The notes beneath the pieces were generated by a model. It was not told the origin of the DNA and ran no database searches. It was given only the letters and a program-made list of their open reading frames with translations. A program made the position numbers and the translations under genes. A stretch of DNA of 64,000 nt, from assembly GCA_019385495.1 (NCBI GenBank), contig GCA_019385495.1_4102.1; one strand, given 5' to 3'. Positions 1 to 8,544 of the stretch are shown piece by piece. The DNA is from a phage. How positions within the stretch are numbered: the stretch's first letter is position 1; every line of letters begins with the position of its first letter.

Positions 1-1
1 G

Positions 2-271
2 CATTATTATCGAAATAAAGAACCACGTACATTAAAGAATCGTTATGGTTTTGACCCAACTAACACTGAAGTTGAACTCTGTGATCTGTTTGGGGAAGTA
101 ATGGTGGTGTTGAAACGAGATATTCATCTTTTCCATACATACAAACTTAATCAGTACTTTATGGAAACACTGTCTATACGTTCCCATGCTCCGATGATTA
201 AAGTTGATTTGAATTATGTTGATGATAAATTGAAATATGATTTCATAAATTCACTTGTTTATTTGGAGTAA
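2..271 (+). CDS. hypothetical protein, 3' fragment of a gene starting upstream of the window
   Basis: Frame open from position 2 to a TAA at 269-271; next gene starts 2 nt later. Confidence 0.35.
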   Translation, partial: HYYRNKEPRTLKNRYGFDPTNTEVELCDLFGEVMVVLKRDIHLFHTYKLNQYFMETLSIRSHAPMIKVDLNYVDDKLKYDFINSLVYLE

Positions 272-272
272 T

Positions 273-677
273 ATGAATATACGTTCAGTACGAATATTTT
301 CATTTGTTGATATGAATGAAAAACACTCTTATGTGTTTGAAACTGTCAATAAGTTAAATCCTCATACGGCAAAAATGATTGAAACCATGAAGAACTTGAG
401 TTTGCATATAGAAGTTTACTATCTTCATGACGATTCTGTTTTTGTATATGATGATGGATGGTATGACGGTGTGTTTTATGATGACATTAGCACTACTGCT
501 GATTACTACTTTCTAGTGAGTAACCCACTATTCAGTACTAAAACTTTGTTTGACATTACCGATACAAGCGTGTATGATACAAGTCATGTTGAGTTACTTA
601 AGTTTGATCCAGTATTATTCAACAAAGAAACGGCGTATTGGATGACTGATTTCTTTTCAAATATTCCAGTAAAATAG
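273..677 (+). CDS. hypothetical protein
   Basis: ORF 255..677 (TTG); in-frame ATG at 273 preceded by GGAG. Confidence 0.5.
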   Translation: MNIRSVRIFSFVDMNEKHSYVFETVNKLNPHTAKMIETMKNLSLHIEVYYLHDDSVFVYDDGWYDGVFYDDISTTADYYFLVSNPLFSTKTLFDITDTSVYDTSHVELLKFDPVLFNKETAYWMTDFFSNIPVK

Positions 678-741
678 TTTGGACATTTTAAATCTTAGTG
701 ATATAATACTCACAACAACGAAATAATAGAGGAAATTAACA

Positions 742-1437
742 ATGGTTGAACAATTCATGTTTGGTGGTTATGCTAATGGCGAAGTACGTAACATTTCTAT
801 TCCTTACGTAGTTGAGAAAGTTAATGGTTCAGAACGTACATATGATCTAGCATCTCGTATGATGCAAGACCGTATCATTTTCCTTGATACTGATTTCAAT
901 GATCAAATGGCACATATCATCAAACAACAATTGGTATGGTTAGACTCACAAGGTGATTCCCCTATTACATTCTACATTAGTTCACCGGGTGGTTCAGTAC
1001 ACGCAGGTTTGGGTATTGCAGATGTTGCTAAGTCTTGTATTTCTCCAATTCGCACTGTAGTAATGGGCTATGCAGCATCAATGGGTTGCTATACACAATC
1101 TGTAATTGGTACTAAAGGTTTCCGTTTAGGTGGTAAGCGTTCTTATTTCATGTGTCACCAAGTAAGTTCTGGTACACAAGGTCTAATTACTGACCAGAAG
1201 ATTTCACTTAAACATTCTGATGCCCTAAACACTCTATTGACTAAAGAAATTGCAGAAGCAGTTGGTGTATCACACGAACAACTACTGAAAGATGCGGATC
1301 GTGACCTGTGGTTGAACGCTGAAGAAGCACTCGAATACGGTGAACATGGTTTCATTGATGGTATCATCCTCGGACCACGCAACGAAGAAGGTAAGTATCT
1401 CGTCAAACGTCGCGGTGGCGTTGAAGAGTGGGTCTAA
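742..1437 (+). CDS. clpP: ClpP-family serine peptidase (S14)
   Basis: ISSPGGSV, catalytic Ser in GYAASMG and His in MCHQV, collinear with bacterial ClpP; RBS AGAGGAAA upstream. Confidence 0.85.
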   Translation: MVEQFMFGGYANGEVRNISIPYVVEKVNGSERTYDLASRMMQDRIIFLDTDFNDQMAHIIKQQLVWLDSQGDSPITFYISSPGGSVHAGLGIADVAKSCISPIRTVVMGYAASMGCYTQSVIGTKGFRLGGKRSYFMCHQVSSGTQGLITDQKISLKHSDALNTLLTKEIAEAVGVSHEQLLKDADRDLWLNAEEALEYGEHGFIDGIILGPRNEEGKYLVKRRGGVEEWV

Positions 1438-1488
1438 TTTGAATTTCATTTGATGCCTCATTTGGGGCATCTTATTTCTGGAGATTTT

Positions 1489-1779
1489 ATGAAAGTTCTT
1501 GTACGTAATAATACTGAAGTCAATGATGTGTTAGATGATTCAGAGTTTATTAATACCGCATTAGATCAGATTAGTGCAGTGGCTATTGAATTGAAAGGTG
1601 TTGACGAGGCAGAACGAGTACTCAATGGTTTTTCTATTGTTCTCGAATTAATGCAAGAAGTTCTTATTAAAAAGAACATTAATCCAATTAACGCAGTTCA
1701 ACACGCAGAAGCTATGCGTCAAGAACATGGCACATTCTCAGATAAAAAATTCATCAGTACTGACGAGGGGAAAGAATAA
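1489..1779 (+). CDS. hypothetical protein
   Basis: ORF 1450..1779; internal ATG (M14) preceded by GGAG. Confidence 0.45.
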   Translation: MKVLVRNNTEVNDVLDDSEFINTALDQISAVAIELKGVDEAERVLNGFSIVLELMQEVLIKKNINPINAVQHAEAMRQEHGTFSDKKFISTDEGKE

Positions 1780-1780
1780 T

Positions 1781-2227
1781 ATGTCTAATGCACAATACAA
1801 AGAAGGTTCTGCCGCGTTTAAAAACAAAGTAGTTTTTAACAATGAACAGCTAAAATCACAGCACCCATTATTCCGTCAAGGATATCGTGCTGCACAAGCT
1901 GAAGCTATGAAGAAAAATAACGTAACCTTCCCAACAACTCTGTATGATATTCCCAAACGTCCTTCAGTGTTTAAAGCAGAATGGACTGACATTATGGCAG
2001 CAACTAAACGTCCTCGTTTTGCTAAACTTCACACTGATGAAGGTCGCTGGATGTTGATGGGTATTATGAAAGCAGTTGAGAATCAGGCACATACTATTGT
2101 TCGTTACAAAGACGTTGTAGCTATGGTTGATAAAGCATTTGATCTTATTCTCCAGTACGGTTATGATGAAGGTGTACTAACTGTTTCCGATTGTGAGCAG
2201 TACCAGTACACTCCATTCCAGAAATAA
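1781..2227 (+). CDS. hypothetical protein
   Basis: ORF 1727..2227; ATG at M19 directly after the upstream stop, GAGGGG upstream. Confidence 0.55.
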   Translation: MSNAQYKEGSAAFKNKVVFNNEQLKSQHPLFRQGYRAAQAEAMKKNNVTFPTTLYDIPKRPSVFKAEWTDIMAATKRPRFAKLHTDEGRWMLMGIMKAVENQAHTIVRYKDVVAMVDKAFDLILQYGYDEGVLTVSDCEQYQYTPFQK

Positions 2228-2346
2228 TTACTTAGGGAATCTTTCATGATTCCCATTTTATTTGCTGCATATCAAAAATTATTGATCAAAAATTGATCCA
2301 TACAAGGTAAATACCCAAGGTGTAATTGTTAATAGGGTAGGTGGAT

Positions 2347-2895
2347 ATGCAGCAATATAATTTAACTGAAGAACAAAGTGATATTTTTTATCATCATATG
2401 TTTTTAATTGATGAGTTTGCTTTGAAAATTAATTCTGAAGCAATTGATATATTGAAGAAATGGTATTCATATTATAATAAAAACAAAAAGTGGTATTGGT
2501 TTAATAGAAATTTAAAGTCATTTTTAAAAACAATAACACAAGTTGATAGTGTAGAAATGATACATAGTTCAATTGGATATAGTTATTTGACTAAACACAA
2601 TAATACTATGATGTTATCCGGTTTTAAAGTTGAAAGAATTTCAAAGCTTACAGGTTTATCATTAAAAACAATTTTATATGATATAGAAAAGATTTGGAAA
2701 ACTATAGAATTCATGCACAAAAATATGTCATTCATATATAGAAATTATGATATATTCACTGAGGTACGTCAATATCATAATAAACCTTATGTATTGAATG
2801 AAAAGTACTATAATCATATGGAAGTTTGTTCTAAACTCGTTGATGATTGGAATCTAGAGGGACATAATGAAATACACACACCTAAGTATAGATGA
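2347..2895 (+). CDS. hypothetical protein
   Basis: ORF 2341..2895 (GTG); ATG at codon 3. Confidence 0.5.
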   Translation: MQQYNLTEEQSDIFYHHMFLIDEFALKINSEAIDILKKWYSYYNKNKKWYWFNRNLKSFLKTITQVDSVEMIHSSIGYSYLTKHNNTMMLSGFKVERISKLTGLSLKTILYDIEKIWKTIEFMHKNMSFIYRNYDIFTEVRQYHNKPYVLNEKYYNHMEVCSKLVDDWNLEGHNEIHTPKYR

Positions 2896-3391
2896 TACTA
2901 ATATCTGGTTAGATAACATAATCAAGACATTAGAATTAATTAAACTTACATTACAAAAAACTACTGATATTGAAATTAATATTAAACAAGAAATATTAAA
3001 CTATTATCATAGAAACAAATATAGCACGTTTATCTCTAAATTAATTTATGGATTATATGATATTGAAGATATTTGCATCGGTTACAGTACTGGTATTTGC
3101 TTCACTGTTAATGGTTTAAAAAATGATTTAAATTTCAGACTTTCCGATGAAGAGCAAGATTTTCGTAGATTTTGTGATAATATTATGGATACAGACAAAA
3201 TTACATTTGTGATTGAATTAAATCAAACATGGTCTACATATGCAGATAAACCATTTGAAATTAATGAAACAGATGTGTTAAACTATATTCGAGTTATGAA
3301 AATTCATGATTTGTGTAAAAACGCATTGTTAAGTATTGGAGCTTATAATGAAACATACGACTTGGTTGAAGATAGCAGAAGTAGTTGCTGA
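2867..3391 (+). CDS. hypothetical protein
   Basis: 174 aa ORF, overlaps upstream gene by 29 nt, GAGGGA upstream. Confidence 0.45.
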   Translation: MKYTHLSIDDTNIWLDNIIKTLELIKLTLQKTTDIEINIKQEILNYYHRNKYSTFISKLIYGLYDIEDICIGYSTGICFTVNGLKNDLNFRLSDEEQDFRRFCDNIMDTDKITFVIELNQTWSTYADKPFEINETDVLNYIRVMKIHDLCKNALLSIGAYNETYDLVEDSRSSC

Positions 3392-3827
3392 GGAAAGTAA
3401 ATGTATTTCACAAAAAGTTGGTTGTGTTATTGTTAAAAATAATAGAGTATTGAGTACTGGATACAATGGAACGCCATCTAAGCAGCCAAACTGTTGTGAT
3501 GTAAATCAACATTTAGTGAACGATGGTCGTTTTCAAGACTGGGTTGATGATGCAGCAAAACATGAACATCATGAGTGGAGTAATATTCATGAGATCCATG
3601 CAGAGATGAACGCTTTACTGTATAGTTCTCCGACTGAACGCCAAGGAGCAACTCTTTACACAACTCTACAACCATGCTATACTTGTTCTAAGTTAATCGC
3701 AGGTAGTGGGATTACCCGTGTAATTTATCACAAAAGTTATCCACGAACACCACCTGAAGCGATTAAAGTACTGGAAGATGCTGGGATTATTGTTAACTGC
3801 ATTTATGACAAGGGTATGAATCAATGA
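3348..3827 (+). CDS. cd: dCMP deaminase
   Basis: Zinc-deaminase motifs HAEMNA and PCYTCSKLI; N-terminus resembles T4 Cd (from memory); ATG at M5 of ORF 3336. Confidence 0.8.
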   Translation: MKHTTWLKIAEVVAEESKCISQKVGCVIVKNNRVLSTGYNGTPSKQPNCCDVNQHLVNDGRFQDWVDDAAKHEHHEWSNIHEIHAEMNALLYSSPTERQGATLYTTLQPCYTCSKLIAGSGITRVIYHKSYPRTPPEAIKVLEDAGIIVNCIYDKGMNQ

Positions 3828-4078
3828 CATTTATGATTGTTGGATTTCTATCAATATTAGTATTATTTTTTATAACAGTAATGTTTGTTATTGATGATAA
3901 TGACATTTCTCAACGAAACTATGAAGTGCGTTTTTCTGCACAAAATAATAAGTACTATATTGTAAACTGTATACACCGTAGTGAGAAAAGGGTAACAAGT
4001 AGATTTGGATTTACCATTTATTATAAAGACCGAGTAGAAGCTGACATGATTTGTCAGAAGCTTAATACTGTAGAATAA
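3824..4078 (+). CDS. small membrane protein
   Basis: Hydrophobic N-terminal helix; ATGA overlap with upstream stop. Confidence 0.45.
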   Translation: MTFMIVGFLSILVLFFITVMFVIDDNDISQRNYEVRFSAQNNKYYIVNCIHRSEKRVTSRFGFTIYYKDRVEADMICQKLNTVE

Positions 4079-4106
4079 AAAAAGGAGCCACAAGGCTCCT
4101 TTTTTG
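4079..4106. terminator. bidirectional intrinsic terminator
   Basis: GGAGCC-ACAA-GGCTCC hairpin flanked by A-run and T-run, between convergent gene ends. Confidence 0.6.
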
Positions 4107-4484
4107 TTAACCAGGGATGTTACAATAATACAAATCCCAAGGGTGATATTTCATTTCTCCAGTACTCAATTTAATTTTATGAAACTGGAATGATTCGGCA
4201 AATGCACTATCATCAATCTTAATACAAAAAGTATTTTTTGCTAAAGTTGGTGCAATCTCTAGTGCAGTTTTAGATGCATCTAATCTGATTTTATCTTTAT
4301 CAAAACTTGTTATAGTTACAAAACGATAAACATTAAAATCAGTGTCGATAAGATCGTAAACACAACTAGAACGTTGATTAAAGATGTTCAAGTTATATTT
4401 CAATTCACCGTTTATATTAGCGGCGGTTACACAAAAGCCGCCGATATTGAATGGTAATTTACCTTGTGCTGCTATAGCTTTCAT
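4107..4484 (-). CDS. hypothetical protein (only minus-strand gene in window)
   Basis: 125 aa ORF with AAGAGGA RBS on minus strand; ends at the bidirectional terminator. Confidence 0.45.
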   Translation of the reverse strand: MKAIAAQGKLPFNIGGFCVTAANINGELKYNLNIFNQRSSCVYDLIDTDFNVYRFVTITSFDKDKIRLDASKTALEIAPTLAKNTFCIKIDDSAFAESFQFHKIKLSTGEMKYHPWDLYYCNIPG

Positions 4485-4793
4485 ATTTTATTTCCTCTTA
4501 TTAATAAACAACTACTTTTACAGATTGTTGTACCTTTTATATTTACACCGTCAACTAAATATCCACCTAAAGTGAATGGAAATTGGTCTTGTCCTGCGAT
4601 TGGTTTTCCCATTAAGGGCACTCCTTATAAAAAAGCTTTACATTTGGTATGTGTTTGTGATAGAATCTTCACAGTGATTGTACTAAGGGGATTATCAGAT
4701 GAGGGAAATTTGAGTTAAGTACAGAAAAAGTTTGACTTAAGTGTTTAAGTACTATATTATTTATATCTTCCTAACCAAAATTAAGGATTTGTT

Positions 4794-5402
4794 ATGAAAA
4801 GACTATGGCTTGAGGTAGTACAAGCAGTAATGCTTCTGATGTTGATAAATTTTCCAGCCAGTGCTGGTATTGAAAGTAAAAATGTGATAAAGTACAATCC
4901 TGAAACACGTAATGTATATTTCATCTCAGATATTACGGATGGGTCACTAAAGCGTATGATGGAGTTGTATGATAAAGAACACTATGATACCATTACCATC
5001 ACATCGCCAGGTGGTGATTTTGATGCTGGGATTAAAATGGCAAACTTCGTTAGAGACAATGGTATAAATTTAATTGTTTCTAGGTATTGCAACTCAGCAT
5101 GTACTGTGGTATTCTTCAGTGTAGCTTTTGAAAAGCGATACATGATAAATCGCTCAGTACTGGGTCTTCATAACATTTCGATTAAAAGTAATGTTACTGA
5201 TGGTGATAATTCATTTGTGTCTGTAAGACAGCTATCAACTTTTACCGAAGAAATGGCAACAAAGGTAGGTTTCCTTTTTTCACTATATGCAGCAAATGGA
5301 ATCCCACCAGAAGTTCTATTTAGAGTTAGTCGTTCTCGTGGTGAAGATGTTGTAATATTAACAAAACCAGAACTGGTTTTTTACGGTTCAGTCAAACAAT
5401 AA
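4794..5402 (+). CDS. secreted ClpP/S49-like peptidase-fold protein
   Basis: N-terminal signal peptide (MKRLWLEVVQAVMLLMLINFPASA); ITSPGGD and NSAC segments resemble the ClpP/crotonase fold. Confidence 0.5.
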   Translation: MKRLWLEVVQAVMLLMLINFPASAGIESKNVIKYNPETRNVYFISDITDGSLKRMMELYDKEHYDTITITSPGGDFDAGIKMANFVRDNGINLIVSRYCNSACTVVFFSVAFEKRYMINRSVLGLHNISIKSNVTDGDNSFVSVRQLSTFTEEMATKVGFLFSLYAANGIPPEVLFRVSRSRGEDVVILTKPELVFYGSVKQ

Positions 5403-5472
5403 AAATAATTAAAATAACAGGATGATTATGATGTACTTCCTTTGTTATTAATTATATTGAGATTATATAACT

Positions 5473-5733
5473 ATGACAAACATCCAAAACTTGACATCTA
5501 TTATTTTTTATGCTACTGTAGTAATGTATGCTACAGTTATTTTTCTAACAGTTTTCATTTACAAAGATTATCGTAATGGCTTTATTGATCCAACTACAAT
5601 GAAGTTCAATTCAAAATTCGAAGCAATAATTTATTATGTACTATCAACTTCATACTTGGTGTGCCTAATGTTGTTAGGAGCACTAATTTATATCTTATAC
5701 ACAACATTATTTGCAATTGGAGCTATTTTATGA
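5473..5733 (+). CDS. membrane protein
   Basis: 86 aa with two predicted TM helices. Confidence 0.5.
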   Translation: MTNIQNLTSIIFYATVVMYATVIFLTVFIYKDYRNGFIDPTTMKFNSKFEAIIYYVLSTSYLVCLMLLGALIYILYTTLFAIGAIL

Positions 5734-6323
5734 CCTGTATTATTGCACACACTGACGGAGTAAGTTCTTTTATTGCTGGGGATAAGTTAGGAAGCAATGG
5801 ATTTACAAAAACTGTTCAAACTGAGCCAAAGGTATTCGAGAAAGAATTTATCAAGTTACATGATGATGGACTAACTAGAACTAAAGAAGTAATGGCATTG
5901 GGTTATACTACATCATTTCGTATGGGTCAGTTGTTAAATTATAACCTTAATTTACCTGAACAAGATGCTAGTCAAACATTTTCACAATATTTGGTTCTTA
6001 AAGTTATTCCAATCATTCGTCAAATGTTTAAAGAAGAATGGGGTGCACGAGATGCATCACAAGATGTAGGTGGTGGACAATTTATCATTCTCCACAATCA
6101 TACAATCTATGAAGTTCAAGAAGACTTTTCAGTACTACAACCTAAAACAAGAATTACCGCAGTAGGTAGTGGGACATATCATGCAATTGCAGCAATGCAA
6201 GCATATATTGAAGTTGAGAACGAATCTAAAAAACCACTACACGAACGTATCAAATCAATTTTTAAAATTGTTAGTGATAATGTAACAAGCGTAAGCGAAG
6301 AGTTTGATGTTTTAAAATATTAA
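5730..6323 (+). CDS. HslV/proteasome-like Ntn-hydrolase
   Basis: MTCIIAHTDG...IAGD N-terminus and TAVGSGTYHAIAAMQAY resemble HslV TTIVSV...IAGDG and IAIGSGGPYAQAAARAL; start at M24 of ORF 5661, ATGA overlap. Confidence 0.6.
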   Translation: MTCIIAHTDGVSSFIAGDKLGSNGFTKTVQTEPKVFEKEFIKLHDDGLTRTKEVMALGYTTSFRMGQLLNYNLNLPEQDASQTFSQYLVLKVIPIIRQMFKEEWGARDASQDVGGGQFIILHNHTIYEVQEDFSVLQPKTRITAVGSGTYHAIAAMQAYIEVENESKKPLHERIKSIFKIVSDNVTSVSEEFDVLKY

Positions 6324-6350
6324 AAGTACTAATATTATAAGAGAGAATAG

Positions 6351-6545
6351 ATGATGGCATACACAATTTATGAATGGGTTTTGAGTTTTTTTATAGTTTT
6401 TTCTATTGTTGTAATTTATAACAATGCTAAATGCTTATATAGAGACTTGAAATCCAATGGTTATCACAAAGATAATAATTTTATGTATGCCTATCATATT
6501 GGAATCATTCTGTTATTATCAATATATTTAATTGTTTTTTTATAA
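6351..6545 (+). CDS. small membrane protein
   Basis: 64 aa hydrophobic ORF. Confidence 0.4.
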   Translation: MMAYTIYEWVLSFFIVFSIVVIYNNAKCLYRDLKSNGYHKDNNFMYAYHIGIILLLSIYLIVFL

Positions 6546-6554
6546 GGATTGAAT

Positions 6555-7307
6555 ATGATATCAGAAAAATTTATAAGCAATGAAGGTAAAAAGCGATTAC
6601 TGATTATATCAGGTGCAGGACTTTCTGTTGAAAGTGGTATGGAACCTTTTCGATTTGATGATGGTTTGTGGGATACATTTAAAATTAATGATGTATGTAA
6701 CATTGCTAGTTTAACTACGAAATATCACGTTGTTCATTCCTTCTATAATACATTACGTGTAAAATTGGGACAATGCGAACCCAATGCAATGCATTATTTT
6801 ATAAAATCGTTAGAAGATCAATATGGTGATTGCTTCCTTCATATGACTTCTAACATGGACGATCTTTATACTCGTATTGGTGGTCATGAGCTTAAACTTC
6901 ATGGAAACTTGTGCGAAGTTATTGAAAATTATAGTATCAATTCCGATGATTATAATGTTATTAACTGCGGATACGAACCATACATACCAAAACATGATGT
7001 TTTTGCTAAACCAAATGTAGTAATGATTGGAGAATATCATCGTTATGTTGATGGTATTCGCTTACCAATTTACGAAGAACGAAATAATGTGTTGAAATCT
7101 CTTAATGAAAATGATACAGTTATTGTAATTGGTAGTAGCGATACAGTACTGGTATGGTCGAGATTAGCAGCAGCATTACCATGTTATAGTGTTAATGTTA
7201 ACATTCGTAAAAATGATAATGATTTTTTGTTTAATGAAAAAGTTATCAAGCCAGCAACCAAAGCAATACCGCATCTAGAGACTATAATTAAGGAACGTAT
7301 GAAATGA
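6555..7307 (+). CDS. Sir2-family (sirtuin-like) NAD-dependent enzyme
   Basis: ISGAGLSVESGMEPFRFDDGLW matches sirtuin GAGISxESGIxTFR; later blocks collinear with CobB; Zn-ribbon cysteines not evident. Confidence 0.75.
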   Translation: MISEKFISNEGKKRLLIISGAGLSVESGMEPFRFDDGLWDTFKINDVCNIASLTTKYHVVHSFYNTLRVKLGQCEPNAMHYFIKSLEDQYGDCFLHMTSNMDDLYTRIGGHELKLHGNLCEVIENYSINSDDYNVINCGYEPYIPKHDVFAKPNVVMIGEYHRYVDGIRLPIYEERNNVLKSLNENDTVIVIGSSDTVLVWSRLAAALPCYSVNVNIRKNDNDFLFNEKVIKPATKAIPHLETIIKERMK

Positions 7308-7855
7308 GTGTTAAAGAAGTTCCCTTTGGTGAATATGGCACACGTGCAAATTTTGTATTTTGTTATTTCTTTGCAAGAAAATGCAACCCTTACAAAAACT
7401 ATGAGTTGAATGATATACCAGAAGTAAATTTAGTATTACTGCAATTACGATGGGATGGTCTTCTTGGTGGATGTGGTGGAACCGTAGAAAGTACTGATAT
7501 CTCACTAGAAGATGCGTTGCGTCGTGAAGTTCAAGAAGAAATGGATTACAATATTTTTGTTTCCCATCTTCGACCACTCAAAACTTTTGAAATTTACCCA
7601 GGTGCAAACAGTCACAGTTTTAGCTATGAAGTAACCTATGACGAGTTGAAACACATTAGAGATGGATACACTAATGCTAAACATGCAAGTGCAGAAGTTG
7701 CTGGTGTAAATTTATGTCATATTTCTCGTTATTCTAAGGGACAAAATCGAGAAGCGGGATATAATAATCTTATGACACAGAACTTCATCGGTACAGCAAA
7801 ACAAGAATTGGAGTATCTGGTTCAAAAAGAAAACTTACTAATTAGTTATCTATAG
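7304..7855 (+). CDS. Nudix hydrolase
   Basis: Nudix box GGTVESTDISLEDALRREVQEEM; ATGA overlap with the Sir2 gene. Confidence 0.6.
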   Translation: MSVKEVPFGEYGTRANFVFCYFFARKCNPYKNYELNDIPEVNLVLLQLRWDGLLGGCGGTVESTDISLEDALRREVQEEMDYNIFVSHLRPLKTFEIYPGANSHSFSYEVTYDELKHIRDGYTNAKHASAEVAGVNLCHISRYSKGQNREAGYNNLMTQNFIGTAKQELEYLVQKENLLISYL

Positions 7856-7864
7856 GAGTTTAAC

Positions 7865-8185
7865 ATGTCTTACTCAATGTTTTTGGATGATATTCGTGAT
7901 GCAAATCTATATTATCCAAACCAAGATATGGTGGTATGTCGTGACTTTAAAAGTGCATGTGAATATGTTATTGAAAATGGAATTCCAGCATTTGTATCAT
8001 TCGACCATGACTTGGGTGATGTGAGCGAAGACGAAAAGACTGGATATTCTTTTGCTAAGTTTCTTATTGATTATATGTTTGATAATAATATTAAAGAACC
8101 GTTTGAGTACTTTGTTCACAGTAGTAATCCTGTTGGTAAAATTAATATTGAAACATACTTAAACAATGGATTTAACTCATTATGA
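7865..8185 (+). CDS. hypothetical acidic protein
   Basis: 106 aa ORF. Confidence 0.5.
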   Translation: MSYSMFLDDIRDANLYYPNQDMVVCRDFKSACEYVIENGIPAFVSFDHDLGDVSEDEKTGYSFAKFLIDYMFDNNIKEPFEYFVHSSNPVGKINIETYLNNGFNSL

Positions 8186-8484
8186 TTCAAACACACATCA
8201 AAAGTCTTATTTGTACTGTTCTGTTAGGTGCAGGAGTTCTTTGGTTCGGACAGTATCACGAGAACACTAAGCGTACCAACATTCACTACAATACCGCAGA
8301 AGTTGTTAGTTTAGGACAATGTAGCGAGTCCAAATGTTCATTTATGTATAAAACCCAAAGTGGTGAAGTACGTAATGGACTATCAAGAGAACCAGTTTCA
8401 ATTGGTCAACTTGTTTACCAGGAGTGCTGGGAAGAAAAGGTTCGAGGTTCACGTTGCTATGTTGAATACGAACCAAATATGTAA
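8182..8484 (+). CDS. membrane-anchored Cys-rich protein
   Basis: N-terminal TM helix; ATGA overlap. Confidence 0.45.
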   Translation: MIQTHIKSLICTVLLGAGVLWFGQYHENTKRTNIHYNTAEVVSLGQCSESKCSFMYKTQSGEVRNGLSREPVSIGQLVYQECWEEKVRGSRCYVEYEPNM

Positions 8485-8544
8485 TAATCCGAGTCAATAA
8501 CATTAGTCGAGTACAAGGATGTACTCATAACTCAAGGATGTTTT

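Noticed and set aside
1155-1470. Minus-strand ORFs inside clpP (1155..1406, 1282..1470) and similar antisense ORFs (3478..3675, 29419..29758, 56460..56960, 61646..62052)
   Set aside because: They lie wholly inside well-supported plus-strand genes, have low-complexity or hydrophobic composition and no RBS; treated as shadow ORFs.
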